Shown: positions 11,002-21,540, counted from the first letter of the stretch. The stretch: DNA of 64,000 bases from an uncultured Oscillospiraceae bacterium (GCA_964560435.1 CAZLLK010000005.1:5711-69710); one strand, 5' to 3'. Notes: a model not told the origin generated them from the letters alone. Translations and numbers: made by a program.

Positions 11002-11754
11002 ATGGATTTTGAAAATGACCGCGAAGACATAATCGAAGGGCGAAACGCCGTTATCGAAGCACTTCGCGCCGGCCGCGTTATAGACAAGATATTTATTCAA
11101 AAGGGCGAAACCGACAAAACTCTTGGACACATCGCCTCAAAGGCGAGGGACGCGGGTGTCGTGGTTGTGGATGCCGACAGGCGCAAGCTTGACGGTATGA
11201 GCCAAACCCACGCGCATCAGGGCGTTATTGCCCTTGCCGCAGTCCGTGAATACTGCACAGTTTCGGACATTCTGGCGATTGCCGTGGAGCGTAACGAGCC
11301 GCCTTTTGTCGTCGTTTGCGACGAGATAAGCGACCCGCATAATCTGGGTGCCGTAATTAGAACCGCGGAAGCGGCAGGCGTTCACGGCATTGTGATTCCA
11401 AAGCGCCGCAGTGCCGGACTAACCTCCATCGTTGACAAAACCAGTGCTGGAGCTGCCGAGCATATGGCGGTTGCACGTGTTGCAAATCTCACTGCCGCAA
11501 TCAAAGAGCTGCAAGACGCAGGTATCTGGGTATACGGCACAGCGGCAGAGGGTTCAAGTGCTCTTTGGCAAACCGATCTGAAAGGTCCTATCTGCATCGT
11601 CATCGGCTCCGAGGGCGACGGAATCAGCAGACTAATCAGAGAAAATTGCGATTTTCTTGTAAGCATCCCCATGCAAGGCAAGGTTTCCTCTCTCAACGCA
11701 AGCGCCGCGGCTGCGGTTCTGATTTACGAGGTTCTGCGCCAGCGCAACATATAG
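11002..11754 (+). CDS. rlmB: TrmH/SpoU family 23S rRNA 2'-O-methyltransferase (RlmB-like)
   Basis: SpoU methylase motifs (DPHNLGAVIRTAEAAG, GSEGDGIS, SLNASAAAAV) with an N-terminal substrate-binding domain. The start is uncertain (10975 or 11002). Confidence 0.8.
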   Translation: MDFENDREDIIEGRNAVIEALRAGRVIDKIFIQKGETDKTLGHIASKARDAGVVVVDADRRKLDGMSQTHAHQGVIALAAVREYCTVSDILAIAVERNEPPFVVVCDEISDPHNLGAVIRTAEAAGVHGIVIPKRRSAGLTSIVDKTSAGAAEHMAVARVANLTAAIKELQDAGIWVYGTAAEGSSALWQTDLKGPICIVIGSEGDGISRLIRENCDFLVSIPMQGKVSSLNASAAAAVLIYEVLRQRNI

Positions 11755-11851
11755 TCAGCGGCTCTGCCGCCAACAATTTTGATTACCGCGAAGTGGAGCA
11801 TTTTCAGCGTTTGCAAACAACTGCCGCGGCAATCTCCTTTCAGGGTGCGAT

Positions 11852-14140
11852 ATGGATAATATAAACAACGGAAAAAATTTGAGAGCAAGCAGTTTCGCCG
11901 ATCTTTCGGTGGAATCTATTCTCGCGGAGTTTAGGGCCGAGGAACAGGTTGCTGCTATCACTTACGAGGACATCACCTCACAATCCAATCCCATCGTCAT
12001 GGAGAATGAGGGACAGGTTATCGGAGAGGCTAAAATCAGCAGTGACTCGGATTTTAATGAGCCAGTCAAAGAAGACCGCTCGTTCTTTGATGAACCTAAA
12101 TTCCGTAATACCAATACAGATTCCAAGGAATACATACCGTCAAAACAAACTCCGATTTTTAAGGACCCCTTTGCAGAGCCCGCCTTCATCCCTCCAGAAG
12201 AAAAACGCGCGTCTTCTTATGCCGCCGACATCGATGATACGGTGGTTTTTGAAAAAAAGCCCCATTGCGAAGATGAGTCTGTTTGGACGGAAACGGCTGA
12301 CAGTGAACAAGAGGGCGGCGAATATGCACCATCCGGCGAATACGAGCAATCTGATTATGCTGAGGATGACCGTCCTGAAATGGAATCTAATATTAAAGAA
12401 CGGCTTTTCTCTCCCATAATCGGGCTGATTGCCGCTTCTTCACTAAAGCGCGAAGAAAAGCGCAAAGCTGAGCTGGCACGTACCGAGGAGGAAGCCAAAA
12501 AGCAACTTCCCGATATGAGTCCCGAAAAAGCCGCAAGACTTTATATTGACCAGGCAATCTCCATGCGGCTAAGATGTCTTTTTGCAACCGCGCTAAGCCT
12601 TGTTCTGGTCTGGCTGTCATACGGTTTGCCAGCAATGGGCATTCTGGGTAGCAGTCCGCTGGTTCGAACGTTCGTGTGTTTGATATTCCAGCTTGTCGTC
12701 ATGCTCGTGGGACTCGACATATTCACAAATGGCATAGTATCGCTTTTCAAAAAAAGCCCGGGGCTTGAATCGCTGATTGCGGTTTCCTGCCTTGTATCGA
12801 TTGCAGACGCGATCTACATAATAGTATCCAAAAACGTTGCCGACGGGCTGCCTTTCTGCGCGGTTTCGGCGCTTTCAATGACATTTGCACTTTGGGGTTC
12901 ATATCTGAACTGCAAAAGCTGCGCAATCGCTTTCCAAACCGCTGCAATGGCGAAAACTCCGTCTGTTGTGCTTTCAGAGGACGGAGGCAAGGATGTTGGG
13001 CGCGTATTGGTAAAGGTTTCGCGTCCGGTGACGGGCTTTGTCCGCAAAACTGAGGAAGCGGATATTTTTGAAAAATCGTTTTCGCTTTTCACTCCGCTTT
13101 TTATCATTTTTGCAATTATTCTCAGCCTTTTTTGTTTTCTTGCAAGCAAGGAATGCAACAACTTTATTCACACACTGTCCGCAGGGATAGCGGTCTGTGC
13201 ATCCTTCTCCGCTGTGTTCGGCTTTGCATTCCCCTTTTACGTCCTGACAAAACGGCTTGCGCGAAGCGGAGTTGCCATTGCTGGCTATGCAGGATGTGCG
13301 GATCTTGGAAAAATCAGTCAGATTGTAATAAAGGACAAGGACGTATTCCCCTCCAGAACCCTATCAATTGCCAACATAACCGTTCCGGACGGTTTCCGTC
13401 CCGATAAGGTCATTTCCTTCACCGCCAGCATGGTCGCGGCGGCAGGACTGGGCATTGCCCCAATTTTTACCGAGCTTATGAAAAAGAACGGTTACGCACT
13501 ACATACGGTCGAGGATTTCGCCTGCCATGAGGGCGGTGGTATAATTGCTAGGATAAACGGCGATCAGGTTTACGTCGGCTCTTCGAGCTTTATGCAGCTC
13601 ATGGGCATTAGAGCTTCTAAGGGTGCCGGCTCAAACAGCGCTGTTTACACCGCAATTAACGACGAGCTTGTGGGCGTTTTTGAGATCAACTATGTCCCCG
13701 TTGCATCCGTTCAAAAGGGACTTGTGACACTTCTTCGTGGAAATACCGAGCCTGTTTTTGCGGTCAGGGATTTCAACATCACGCCTTTGCTTGTCAAGCA
13801 AAAGTTCCGTTTGCCAAAGGAAAGCTACGATTTTCCCTCCTTTGCGGATCGCTACAGCATTTCTTCTCCCGAAACCGAAGAGAGCGGAAGTGTTGCCGCA
13901 ATGTTCGCGCGCGGCGGACTAAATTCAGTTGCAGGTCTTGTCAAGCGCGGCAAAATGCTCTATAACGGTCTGCTTCTTTGCGCCGTTCTGTCGATTCTGG
14001 GTGCTTTTATGGGTATGATAATCATGCTAGCCATGTGTTGGTCGGGGGCTTACGACTCCGCAAGCGTCGGAAACGCTATTTCGTTTATGATACTCTGGCT
14101 CGTGCCAGTTTTAGTAATCTCACTTGGACTTAGAAGATAA
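11852..14140 (+). CDS. Membrane protein with degenerate P-type ATPase-like architecture and acidic N-terminal extension
   Basis: 762 aa. It has multiple TM helices plus a cytoplasmic loop that is collinear with P1B ATPases but carries mutated signatures (see finding). Confidence 0.5.
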   Translation: MDNINNGKNLRASSFADLSVESILAEFRAEEQVAAITYEDITSQSNPIVMENEGQVIGEAKISSDSDFNEPVKEDRSFFDEPKFRNTNTDSKEYIPSKQTPIFKDPFAEPAFIPPEEKRASSYAADIDDTVVFEKKPHCEDESVWTETADSEQEGGEYAPSGEYEQSDYAEDDRPEMESNIKERLFSPIIGLIAASSLKREEKRKAELARTEEEAKKQLPDMSPEKAARLYIDQAISMRLRCLFATALSLVLVWLSYGLPAMGILGSSPLVRTFVCLIFQLVVMLVGLDIFTNGIVSLFKKSPGLESLIAVSCLVSIADAIYIIVSKNVADGLPFCAVSALSMTFALWGSYLNCKSCAIAFQTAAMAKTPSVVLSEDGGKDVGRVLVKVSRPVTGFVRKTEEADIFEKSFSLFTPLFIIFAIILSLFCFLASKECNNFIHTLSAGIAVCASFSAVFGFAFPFYVLTKRLARSGVAIAGYAGCADLGKISQIVIKDKDVFPSRTLSIANITVPDGFRPDKVISFTASMVAAAGLGIAPIFTELMKKNGYALHTVEDFACHEGGGIIARINGDQVYVGSSSFMQLMGIRASKGAGSNSAVYTAINDELVGVFEINYVPVASVQKGLVTLLRGNTEPVFAVRDFNITPLLVKQKFRLPKESYDFPSFADRYSISSPETEESGSVAAMFARGGLNSVAGLVKRGKMLYNGLLLCAVLSILGAFMGMIIMLAMCWSGAYDSASVGNAISFMILWLVPVLVISLGLRR

Positions 14141-14367
14141 AAGTCCCATAGTACTCTTTACGCCTAACAAGCCGACTCGCTGTGTAGCACCGCGGGTCGG
14201 TTTGTTTTTTGTTGTCAAACAAAATATTAATGACAAAAGTGATGAAGATTCCTGTGGTTTCGTACAAAAATCTTGTTGCAAATGCCACTTTACAAGTGTA
14301 TAATCTTAGCATATTGGTTTTGACAGAGTCAGCAAAATATAACTTATCAAGAAGGAGAAACCCCCAC

Positions 14368-16404
14368 ATGAGCTACGCAACAAAGAACATTCGTAATATT
14401 TGCCTTATGGGTCACGGAGGCAACGGAAAAACTAGTTTGGCCGAAAGCATTCTTTTCATGACGGGCGCAACCGACCGACTTGGAAAAGTCGTTGATGGCA
14501 ATACGGTTTCCGACTTTGACTCAGAAGAAATTCGCCGCAAGATCAGTATTGCTGATTCCGCTATGTTCAGCGAATATAACGGTATAAAAATAAATATCAT
14601 CGATACCCCTGGTTATTTCGATTTTTCAGGCGAAGTAAGCCAGGCTCTTCGCGTTGCCGATGCAGGCATTATCGTCTGCTCCGCAAAGGACGGCTTAAAC
14701 GTCGGCGCCGAAAAGGCTTGGAAAATGCTTGGCGAGGCAAAAAAGCCACGCGCAATCTTTATTTCCAAAACCGACGAAGAGAATTCAAACTACGACAAGG
14801 CCTTCGCTTCGCTTCGCGATAAGTTCGGCGTTTCTGTTTGTCCGATGATTGCCCCAATAATGGAAGGCGAGAAAATCACCGGTCTTGTCGAAGTCGCCAC
14901 AAAAAAAGCATTTACCTTTGACGCAAAGGGAAAGCGCACCGAAATCCCCGTTCCCGAAAGCATGAAGGCAACTTTGAATACACTTTATAAAACATTGGCA
15001 GAAGGCGTTGCCGAAACCAGCGAAGAGCTTATGGACAAGTACTTCGGCGGTGAAGACTTTACGCCTGACGAAATGAGTGCCGCTTTCGGCGAAGGTCTGC
15101 GCGACTGCACCATCTGCCCCGTTTTCTGCGGCAGTGCGTTTACCGCTCTCGGCATTACCCTGCTACTCGACGCAATTGTCAACTATTTCCCCTATCCCCA
15201 AGAGGGCGGCGAGATTGTCAAGGACTCCGGCCCCTCCGCCGCTATCATTTACAAAACAGTCTCCGACCAGTACGGCAAGTTCAGCCTGTTTAAAGTTGTT
15301 TCTGGCAAGATTACAAACGAGATGACTCTTGTAAACCCCCGCACCGGAACAAGTGAAAAAATCGGTCACCTCTATGTTATGCAGGGCAAGAAGAACATCG
15401 AGGTAAATGAAATAGGCTGCGGCGATTTGGGTGCGGTATCCAAGCTGTCCGACTCCAAAACGGGCGACACGCTCTGTGCTCCCGCTCTCAACAAGGCTCT
15501 TCCCGGCATTTCCTATACCACTCCCTGCTACTCAATGGCTATCTATCCCAAGGTCAAGGGTCAGGAAGACAAGATTGCCGCTGGACTCACCCGTATTGCT
15601 GAAGAAGACCTTACCTTCAAAGTATTAAACAACGCCGAAACCCACCAGATGGTCGTTTCTGGCGCCGGCGATATCCATCTCGACGTTCTGTGCTCAAAGC
15701 TGAAGAACAAGTTTGGCGTTGAAGTTGAGCTTGTCCCCGCTCGCGTACCTTACCGCGAGAGAATTCGCAACAAAGTCAAGGTAAACGGCCGCCATAAGAA
15801 GCAATCCGGCGGGCACGGTCAGTTCGGTGATGTTTGGGTTGAGTTTGAGCCACAGACCGAAACCGAGGATCTCATTTTTGAAGAGCACGTTTTCGGTGGC
15901 AGCGTTCCCAAGAACTTCTTCCCCGCCGTTGAAAAGGGTCTGCGTGAAAGCATCGGCAGAGGCGTTCTTGCAGGTTACCCCGTCGTTTTCCTGAAAGCAA
16001 CTCTCGTCGATGGTTCATATCACCCCGTCGATTCCTCCGAAATGGCTTTCAAAACAGCTGCAAGCCTCGCATATAAAGCAGGTCTGCCCACTGCAAACCC
16101 CGTTATCCTTGAGCCTATCGGCTACCTCAAGGTCTTCATTCCCGACACTTACATGGGCGACATTATGTCTGACCTTTCCAAGCGCCGCGGCAACCCCATG
16201 GGTATGAGCGCAGCAGACGGAATGCAGGTCGTTGAGGCTGAGGTTCCCATGGCTGAAATGTCAAGCTACGCTATCGACCTTCGTTCAATGACACAGGGAC
16301 GCGGCAGCTTCACATTCGAGTTTATCCGCTATGAAGATGCTCCCGCAATAATTCAGCAGAAGATTATCGAAGAGGCAAAGGCATTAGCTGCCGACGCCGA
16401 ATAA
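14368..16404 (+). CDS. Elongation factor G paralogue (EF-G-like translational GTPase)
   Basis: Start at ATG 14368 after GAAGGAG. G1 motif is GHGGNGKTS, G3 is DTPGYFDF, and EF-G domains II-V are present (GDLGAVSKL, HPVDSSEMAFK). It is not in a str-operon context. Confidence 0.85.
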   Translation: MSYATKNIRNICLMGHGGNGKTSLAESILFMTGATDRLGKVVDGNTVSDFDSEEIRRKISIADSAMFSEYNGIKINIIDTPGYFDFSGEVSQALRVADAGIIVCSAKDGLNVGAEKAWKMLGEAKKPRAIFISKTDEENSNYDKAFASLRDKFGVSVCPMIAPIMEGEKITGLVEVATKKAFTFDAKGKRTEIPVPESMKATLNTLYKTLAEGVAETSEELMDKYFGGEDFTPDEMSAAFGEGLRDCTICPVFCGSAFTALGITLLLDAIVNYFPYPQEGGEIVKDSGPSAAIIYKTVSDQYGKFSLFKVVSGKITNEMTLVNPRTGTSEKIGHLYVMQGKKNIEVNEIGCGDLGAVSKLSDSKTGDTLCAPALNKALPGISYTTPCYSMAIYPKVKGQEDKIAAGLTRIAEEDLTFKVLNNAETHQMVVSGAGDIHLDVLCSKLKNKFGVEVELVPARVPYRERIRNKVKVNGRHKKQSGGHGQFGDVWVEFEPQTETEDLIFEEHVFGGSVPKNFFPAVEKGLRESIGRGVLAGYPVVFLKATLVDGSYHPVDSSEMAFKTAASLAYKAGLPTANPVILEPIGYLKVFIPDTYMGDIMSDLSKRRGNPMGMSAADGMQVVEAEVPMAEMSSYAIDLRSMTQGRGSFTFEFIRYEDAPAIIQQKIIEEAKALAADAE

Positions 16405-16416
16405 GCATAAATGAAT

Positions 16417-16450
16417 AAGGGCCGAAATCAAACGATTTCGGCCCTTATTA
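16417..16450. terminator. Bidirectional terminator between convergent genes
   Basis: AAGGGCCGAAATC / GATTTCGGCCCTT stem flanked by A and T runs. Confidence 0.8.
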
Positions 16451-16476
16451 TCTTGATATAGATAAACTGTAATCTC

Positions 16477-17556
16477 TCACATATTGTCGAAGTATATGTC
16501 CTCGCCCATGCCAGTTAATCCGTCGAGTACGATTTTGTTGCCTGAATAATCCTTCACGAAGCCTTTTATGTATCCAAAGGGTGCAGTGTATTTTGAAGAG
16601 TGGAAGCCAAACCTCGAAGTAAGCTTGTAGGCGTCATCAATTTCGAAAGAAATGTCCACTACTCCATACTCATCGAAAACGTGCCATGAGCCGTTTTCTA
16701 AATGCTTAAAGTCAACGGGCGGTAGCAACTGAAGCTCACCGTTTATCCAGAGCAGGTTTTCACTGTACTTTTCAGGGCTTTCGGCTTGGTTTTTGCAGAG
16801 GTTGAAGCCTAGCGGCTTTCCTTCCGCAACGCCCATGCCAGTAACCCAGTCATAGTGCATATGCCTTGGATAGTAGCCCTTATGGTCATCGATTATTCCA
16901 ACGGAGTTTTCATTCATTGAAAATATTCGGTCACCAATTTTGATTTTGCCCTCCGCTCTAAAAAACTCCTTTTGAGTGTAAAGTGGTCTATTCTCGCCCA
17001 GCGGCATAATAGTAATACTTGGAGCGGCGCAACTGGTAAAGACAAGGTCTGCCGCCATAGGGACTCTCTTTTTGGACTTCGGAGAATAGTCGGCCTTAAT
17101 ATAGGCTTTGCCCTCCTGCAGCTGATTATTGATAATTGTTTCAAACGCGCCAGTTTTAAGACGGTTTGTGCTGTTAATAAGTGAATTGTTTATGCACTTT
17201 CTGGGTGCGCCAAAAATTTGGTTTGCAACCACCTTTTTTGTAGCTCTGTCGTAAAACATCATTATGTTGAAAACCGCTACTCCCAAGTCATAGGCCGCTC
17301 CGCAGATAAATCCCTCGTCAAAGCAGACCTCATAGGCCTCCCATTCCTTAATTCTCAAGCCGTTAGCAAAATGAGGAAGGATTGGAGATATTGGATTTTT
17401 AGCGTCAATTATGTTCACGTCCTTAATAGGCCCGTCAAAAGCTCCAAAAACCGACTTTCCATCGGCGACGATTGCGTCGGGTGCGCTTTGAGGCCGTCTG
17501 CTTTCGTGAATGTAGCTTGGATATTCAAGTCCACTTATACTTTCAATTTGCTCCAT
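16477..17556 (-). CDS. DUF2804-like protein
   Basis: About 359 aa counted from MEQIESISG (ATG after AAAGGA). The family assignment is from memory of the DUF2804 pattern (HYDWVTGMG...GFNL) and was not searched. Confidence 0.55.
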   Translation of the reverse strand: MEQIESISGLEYPSYIHESRRPQSAPDAIVADGKSVFGAFDGPIKDVNIIDAKNPISPILPHFANGLRIKEWEAYEVCFDEGFICGAAYDLGVAVFNIMMFYDRATKKVVANQIFGAPRKCINNSLINSTNRLKTGAFETIINNQLQEGKAYIKADYSPKSKKRVPMAADLVFTSCAAPSITIMPLGENRPLYTQKEFFRAEGKIKIGDRIFSMNENSVGIIDDHKGYYPRHMHYDWVTGMGVAEGKPLGFNLCKNQAESPEKYSENLLWINGELQLLPPVDFKHLENGSWHVFDEYGVVDISFEIDDAYKLTSRFGFHSSKYTAPFGYIKGFVKDYSGNKIVLDGLTGMGEDIYFDNM

Positions 17557-17901
17557 GTTATACAATCCTTTCTTTCTGCCATCGTTATTCTCCGGCAGCT
17601 GTGACCGACATTTGATAACGCCTCCATATGCAAACCTACTTGTTGTTTGCAATTACGCTTATTTCATTAAAAGTACGAATTATCGTTATTTATTATACCA
17701 AATGTTGGTGAAGAATACAATAAGATTACAACTTCCCTTTTTGCGTCTTGTCTTGAAGTAAGCTCTGTCTCTCCAGCCAAAGATTGACACCCTTGCAATA
17801 CAGTGATAAAATTAGCAGTGATACATTTTGAGATTAATCCAGTCTGAGCAGAATATGTCAATACTGCCAGAAATCACTTTCCCAAAATCATGGAGGTAAA
17901 A

Positions 17902-18744
17902 ATGAAAAGAAAAAAACAGGAAGGCGTTTACTTTTTCTGGTCAACGTCTATCGTAATATGTATGCTTGTCGCTCTTTTTGTTCTCGGCTTCACGTCCTGC
18001 AAAAAAGGCACAGTACCCCCACCAGCATCCACACCCCCAGCGGAATCTGCCGAGCCTGCGGGTCCCGTCGCTCCCACCGCACCGGAAGACACTACTACTC
18101 CGGGAAATACTTCTTCTCCCACTTCAAGCACAGACACCCGCTTGGGTGAAACCGAAGATATGGGTCAGGAATATGTCGACAAGTTTGTCTTTTTGGGAGA
18201 CAGCACGACCTATGGCCTCGGTTTTTATGACGTTGTTTCCGACAGTCAGATCTGGACTCCTGCCAGCGGTACGCTGACACTTAACCTTTGGAGCACAGCA
18301 ACTATTGCTTATCCCGAAGACAAATCGGAGCTTGCGATTAAAGACGCGGTTATAAAAAAGCAGCCCGAATATATGCTCATTACCCTAGGCGTAAACGGTG
18401 TCTCTTTCATGGAAGAGGAATATTTCATCAAGGAATACACAAGCCTCGTCCAGGCTATTCAGGAAGCAAGCCCCAACACGAAAATTATCCTAAATTCGAT
18501 ATATCCTGTTTCCGCTAGTTACCCGGAAAAGAACGGAATTACAAACGCAAAGATTGACACGGCGAACACATGGGTTGAGCGCATTGCCGCTTCTACAGGT
18601 GTAAAATTTCTTGACAGCGAAAGCGTGATTAAGGATTCTAACGGCGCTATGCCCGACAAACTAAGCAACGACAAAGCGCTGCATCTTAACGCCGACGGAT
18701 GTAAGGTTGTAATTGATTACCTGCGCACTCACGGCTATAAATAA
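17902..18744 (+). CDS. SGNH/GDSL hydrolase, membrane-anchored with Pro/Thr-rich linker
   Basis: N-terminal TM or signal segment, a PT-rich linker, then block I FLGDSTTYG and an SGNH C-terminal block. RBS GGAGG before ATG 17902. Confidence 0.7.
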   Translation: MKRKKQEGVYFFWSTSIVICMLVALFVLGFTSCKKGTVPPPASTPPAESAEPAGPVAPTAPEDTTTPGNTSSPTSSTDTRLGETEDMGQEYVDKFVFLGDSTTYGLGFYDVVSDSQIWTPASGTLTLNLWSTATIAYPEDKSELAIKDAVIKKQPEYMLITLGVNGVSFMEEEYFIKEYTSLVQAIQEASPNTKIILNSIYPVSASYPEKNGITNAKIDTANTWVERIAASTGVKFLDSESVIKDSNGAMPDKLSNDKALHLNADGCKVVIDYLRTHGYK

Positions 18745-18792
18745 TAGTGGCGTGGATGCGGCAAATAAAATATAAGGATGGACCAGACGAAA

Positions 18793-19281
18793 ATGACCAA
18801 AAAACATATTTCTCTTATCGCTGTAATGCTTTCGCTTTCCCTTCTCGCTGCCTGTGGCGGTAAAACTACTCAAGCCCGCAACGACGTTGCTGTGAGTGAC
18901 GTTTCAGCAGCTGTTGCCGCCGTTCTCAGCGGAGACACGCTTGTTTCCGTGCCCGATACGTATTATTCCGGTGCCATGAAGATGGATACCGCAAACTTTG
19001 AAGGTTATGATGTAAAAATCAACTCCAAGGGCATCAATATCGACGAGTTCGGTGTTTTCAAAGCAAAGGACTCTTCACAGGTTGCAACTGTTGAGAAAGC
19101 CGTCAAAGACTACCTTCAGTTCCGTCTTGACACTTGGATGGTTGAATATATGCCGGAAGAGCATCCCAAGCTCGAAAGCGCTGAAGTCAAAACTGTCGGA
19201 AACTACGTCATGTACGCAATTTTGTCTGACGACGGCAAGAAATCCGCATTTGCCGCATTTGAAAAGAGCCTTACTGCATAA
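18793..19281 (+). CDS. Lipoprotein, DUF4358-like
   Basis: Lipobox LSLLAAC|GG. The C-terminal pattern (VGNYVMYAILSDDGKK) recalls DUF4358. The start could be 18778 or 18793. Confidence 0.55.
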   Translation: MTKKHISLIAVMLSLSLLAACGGKTTQARNDVAVSDVSAAVAAVLSGDTLVSVPDTYYSGAMKMDTANFEGYDVKINSKGINIDEFGVFKAKDSSQVATVEKAVKDYLQFRLDTWMVEYMPEEHPKLESAEVKTVGNYVMYAILSDDGKKSAFAAFEKSLTA

Positions 19282-19429
19282 CAACATCTAAATCTACTTT
19301 CGGCTCTGTTGGCAAAACAATTTCTTTAATCAGAGCCGAAAGTCCTGTGTTTCAAAAATCTTGCATTCTTTCTGATTTCTGATATAATGGCGTCGAAATC
19401 ACCAATTTCACTGATTAGGTGGGTATTAT

Positions 19430-21199
19430 ATGCCAAATACAAAGCACAAATCATCTCAGAGTGGGAAACAGCGTTCGTCCATAGCGCAGGCTTCGATTCT
19501 CCTTGCATTGATCTGCGTTTTGGCTGTACTCGTCTACGAAAACGCCCATGACACATCAAAAAACTCGCAGGATAATGCTGGTTTGGCCGTTGAGCAGCCT
19601 ATAGTTCCGGATAAGTCTGCCACTCCAACACCGGAGGAAACGCCCGATTCAGATCCATCCCTGCCCAAATACGCCCCACAGGCAACGGACATCACAAAAC
19701 CAAATCTACTCATTTCTGAAACAGGAATAATGTTCGACGACCAAAGCATTTCTTCATACAGCTTTGACGACCCCATAGATTTCGGGCTTCCGGAGAATTA
19801 TACGAATGTTCAGGGCATCGTTACCTTCCGCGGCAACAACTTCCGCGACAGTGGCTCGTACGGAACGGCAAATCTCGTCAACAAATGCTTCGACGACAAT
19901 CATTGGACCGTGCCGACAGCTTCGCTCCAGGCGCCGAATGGCACCGTTTGGACTGGCAGCGGTTGGGTTGGTCAGCCGCTTATGATGACCTGGTCGAAGG
20001 ACGTCCGTGCGCACATGAATATGTATGACTGGGCTAAAAGTGCCGATTCGCTTACAGAGGTCATTTACGCAACAATGGACGGCAACATCTATTTTCTCGA
20101 CCTGCTGACAGGAAAAAAGACACGCGACAACATGAATCTCGGCTACACCTTTAAGGGTGCGGGCGCTCTCGACCCGAGAGGATACCCCATTTTATATCTC
20201 GGTGCGGGCTACAACAGCGCGAACGGCACCTCAAGAGCTTTCATCATCAACCTGCTTGACTGCTCAGAGATGTACAATTTCGGAGCAGCAGACAGTTTTT
20301 CAATGCGAGGAACGCTATCGTTCTTTGACGGCAGCGCACTGGTGGACGAGGAAACCGACAGGCTGATTTACCCCGGCGAAAACGGAATTCTCTACATAAT
20401 GAAGCTCAACACGAGTTACGATGCCAAAGCCGGAACTCTCTCAATGAACCCTTCCGATATTGTCAAGTGGCGGTACAACGGCACACGTTCAACCAAGGAT
20501 ACTTACTGGCTCGGAATGGAAGACAGCGCGATTATCTGGCGCGGTCACATCATAATGTCTGATAATGGTGGAAACCTCATGTGTCTTGATCTAAAAACGC
20601 TCACACTTGATTGGGTGCAGAACGTTCAGGACGACACGAACTGCACGCCAGTTCTCGAGCTTGAGGACGGTCACCCCTATGTTTACACGAGCACCTCCTT
20701 CCACGGCGGTTGGCGAGCCCCCACGAACGGAACCGCTAACATACCAATCTGGAAGATTGACGCGTTAACCGGCGAAATTGTTTGGCAAAAGGATTACTCC
20801 TGCTACACCGAGGACGGCGTTTCCGGCGGAACTCAGGGTACGCTTGCCATTGGCAAGAAAAAGATATCAGACCTCATTTTCGTGCCGGTCGCAAGAACTC
20901 CCAGCGCTGGAGCCGGAGTTCTAGTTGCTTTAAATAAGCACACGGGCTCAGTTGTCTGGGAAATCGAAACAAAGGTATATAGTTGGAGCAGCCCTGTGGC
21001 TGTGTATGATAAAGATGGCAACGGCTACATTGTCTACTGCACCGCTGGCGGATATATGTACCTCATCGACGGTCTTACAGGCAAGGTGCTCGACTCTCTT
21101 GATGTCGGTGGCAATGTCGAGGCCTCTCCGGCAGTCTTTAACAGCACCATAGTTGTCGGAACGAGAAGCCAGCTTATCTGGGGTGTAACCCTCACATAA
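19430..21199 (+). CDS. PQQ-like / BamB-like beta-propeller repeat protein, N-terminally anchored
   Basis: 589 aa. It has one N-terminal TM helix and a Pro-rich linker, followed by repeated G-x-hydrophobic-Y/W-x-hydrophobic-D propeller blades (DGNIYFLDLLTGK, GGYMYLIDGLTGK). Confidence 0.6.
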   Translation: MPNTKHKSSQSGKQRSSIAQASILLALICVLAVLVYENAHDTSKNSQDNAGLAVEQPIVPDKSATPTPEETPDSDPSLPKYAPQATDITKPNLLISETGIMFDDQSISSYSFDDPIDFGLPENYTNVQGIVTFRGNNFRDSGSYGTANLVNKCFDDNHWTVPTASLQAPNGTVWTGSGWVGQPLMMTWSKDVRAHMNMYDWAKSADSLTEVIYATMDGNIYFLDLLTGKKTRDNMNLGYTFKGAGALDPRGYPILYLGAGYNSANGTSRAFIINLLDCSEMYNFGAADSFSMRGTLSFFDGSALVDEETDRLIYPGENGILYIMKLNTSYDAKAGTLSMNPSDIVKWRYNGTRSTKDTYWLGMEDSAIIWRGHIIMSDNGGNLMCLDLKTLTLDWVQNVQDDTNCTPVLELEDGHPYVYTSTSFHGGWRAPTNGTANIPIWKIDALTGEIVWQKDYSCYTEDGVSGGTQGTLAIGKKKISDLIFVPVARTPSAGAGVLVALNKHTGSVVWEIETKVYSWSSPVAVYDKDGNGYIVYCTAGGYMYLIDGLTGKVLDSLDVGGNVEASPAVFNSTIVVGTRSQLIWGVTLT

Positions 21200-21464
21200 T
21201 CGAGGCTCAAGCACCTCCCAGCCAACTTATTTTTGGCTATGCGCAGATTTACTGCTATTGCAGATGGTAACCCCCCTGTTTGCATCAAATAAAAGGCATT
21301 CACCATATAATCGGTGGATGCCTTTCACCTATCTATCGAAAAAATTGTTGAAGAGTATGCTCAGGATTTTTGTGGCATTTTTTTCGCTTTTTTATCAAAA
21401 AAGTGTTGCATTTGCGATGCAGTTGTGGTAGCATAATTAAGCGCTGTGATGGCGTACCCCATAT

Positions 21465-21540
21465 CCGGGTGTGGCGCAGTTGGTAGCGCGCTTGACTGGG
21501 GGTCAAGAGGCCGCATGTTCAAGTCATGTCACTCGGACCA
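21465..21540 (+). tRNA. tRNA-Pro (anticodon GGG)
   Basis: Folded by hand. Acceptor stem CCGGGTG/CACTCGG, D arm GCGC-AGTTGGTA-GCGC, anticodon arm CTTGA-CTGGGGG-TCAAG, T arm GCATG-TTCAAGT-CATGT, discriminator A, encoded CCA. 76 nt. Confidence 0.9.

Noticed and set aside
17928-18280. Several Pro/Arg-rich ORFs on both strands inside the SGNH hydrolase gene
   Set aside because: They are shadow frames of the GC- and Pro/Thr-rich linker region of the real gene.
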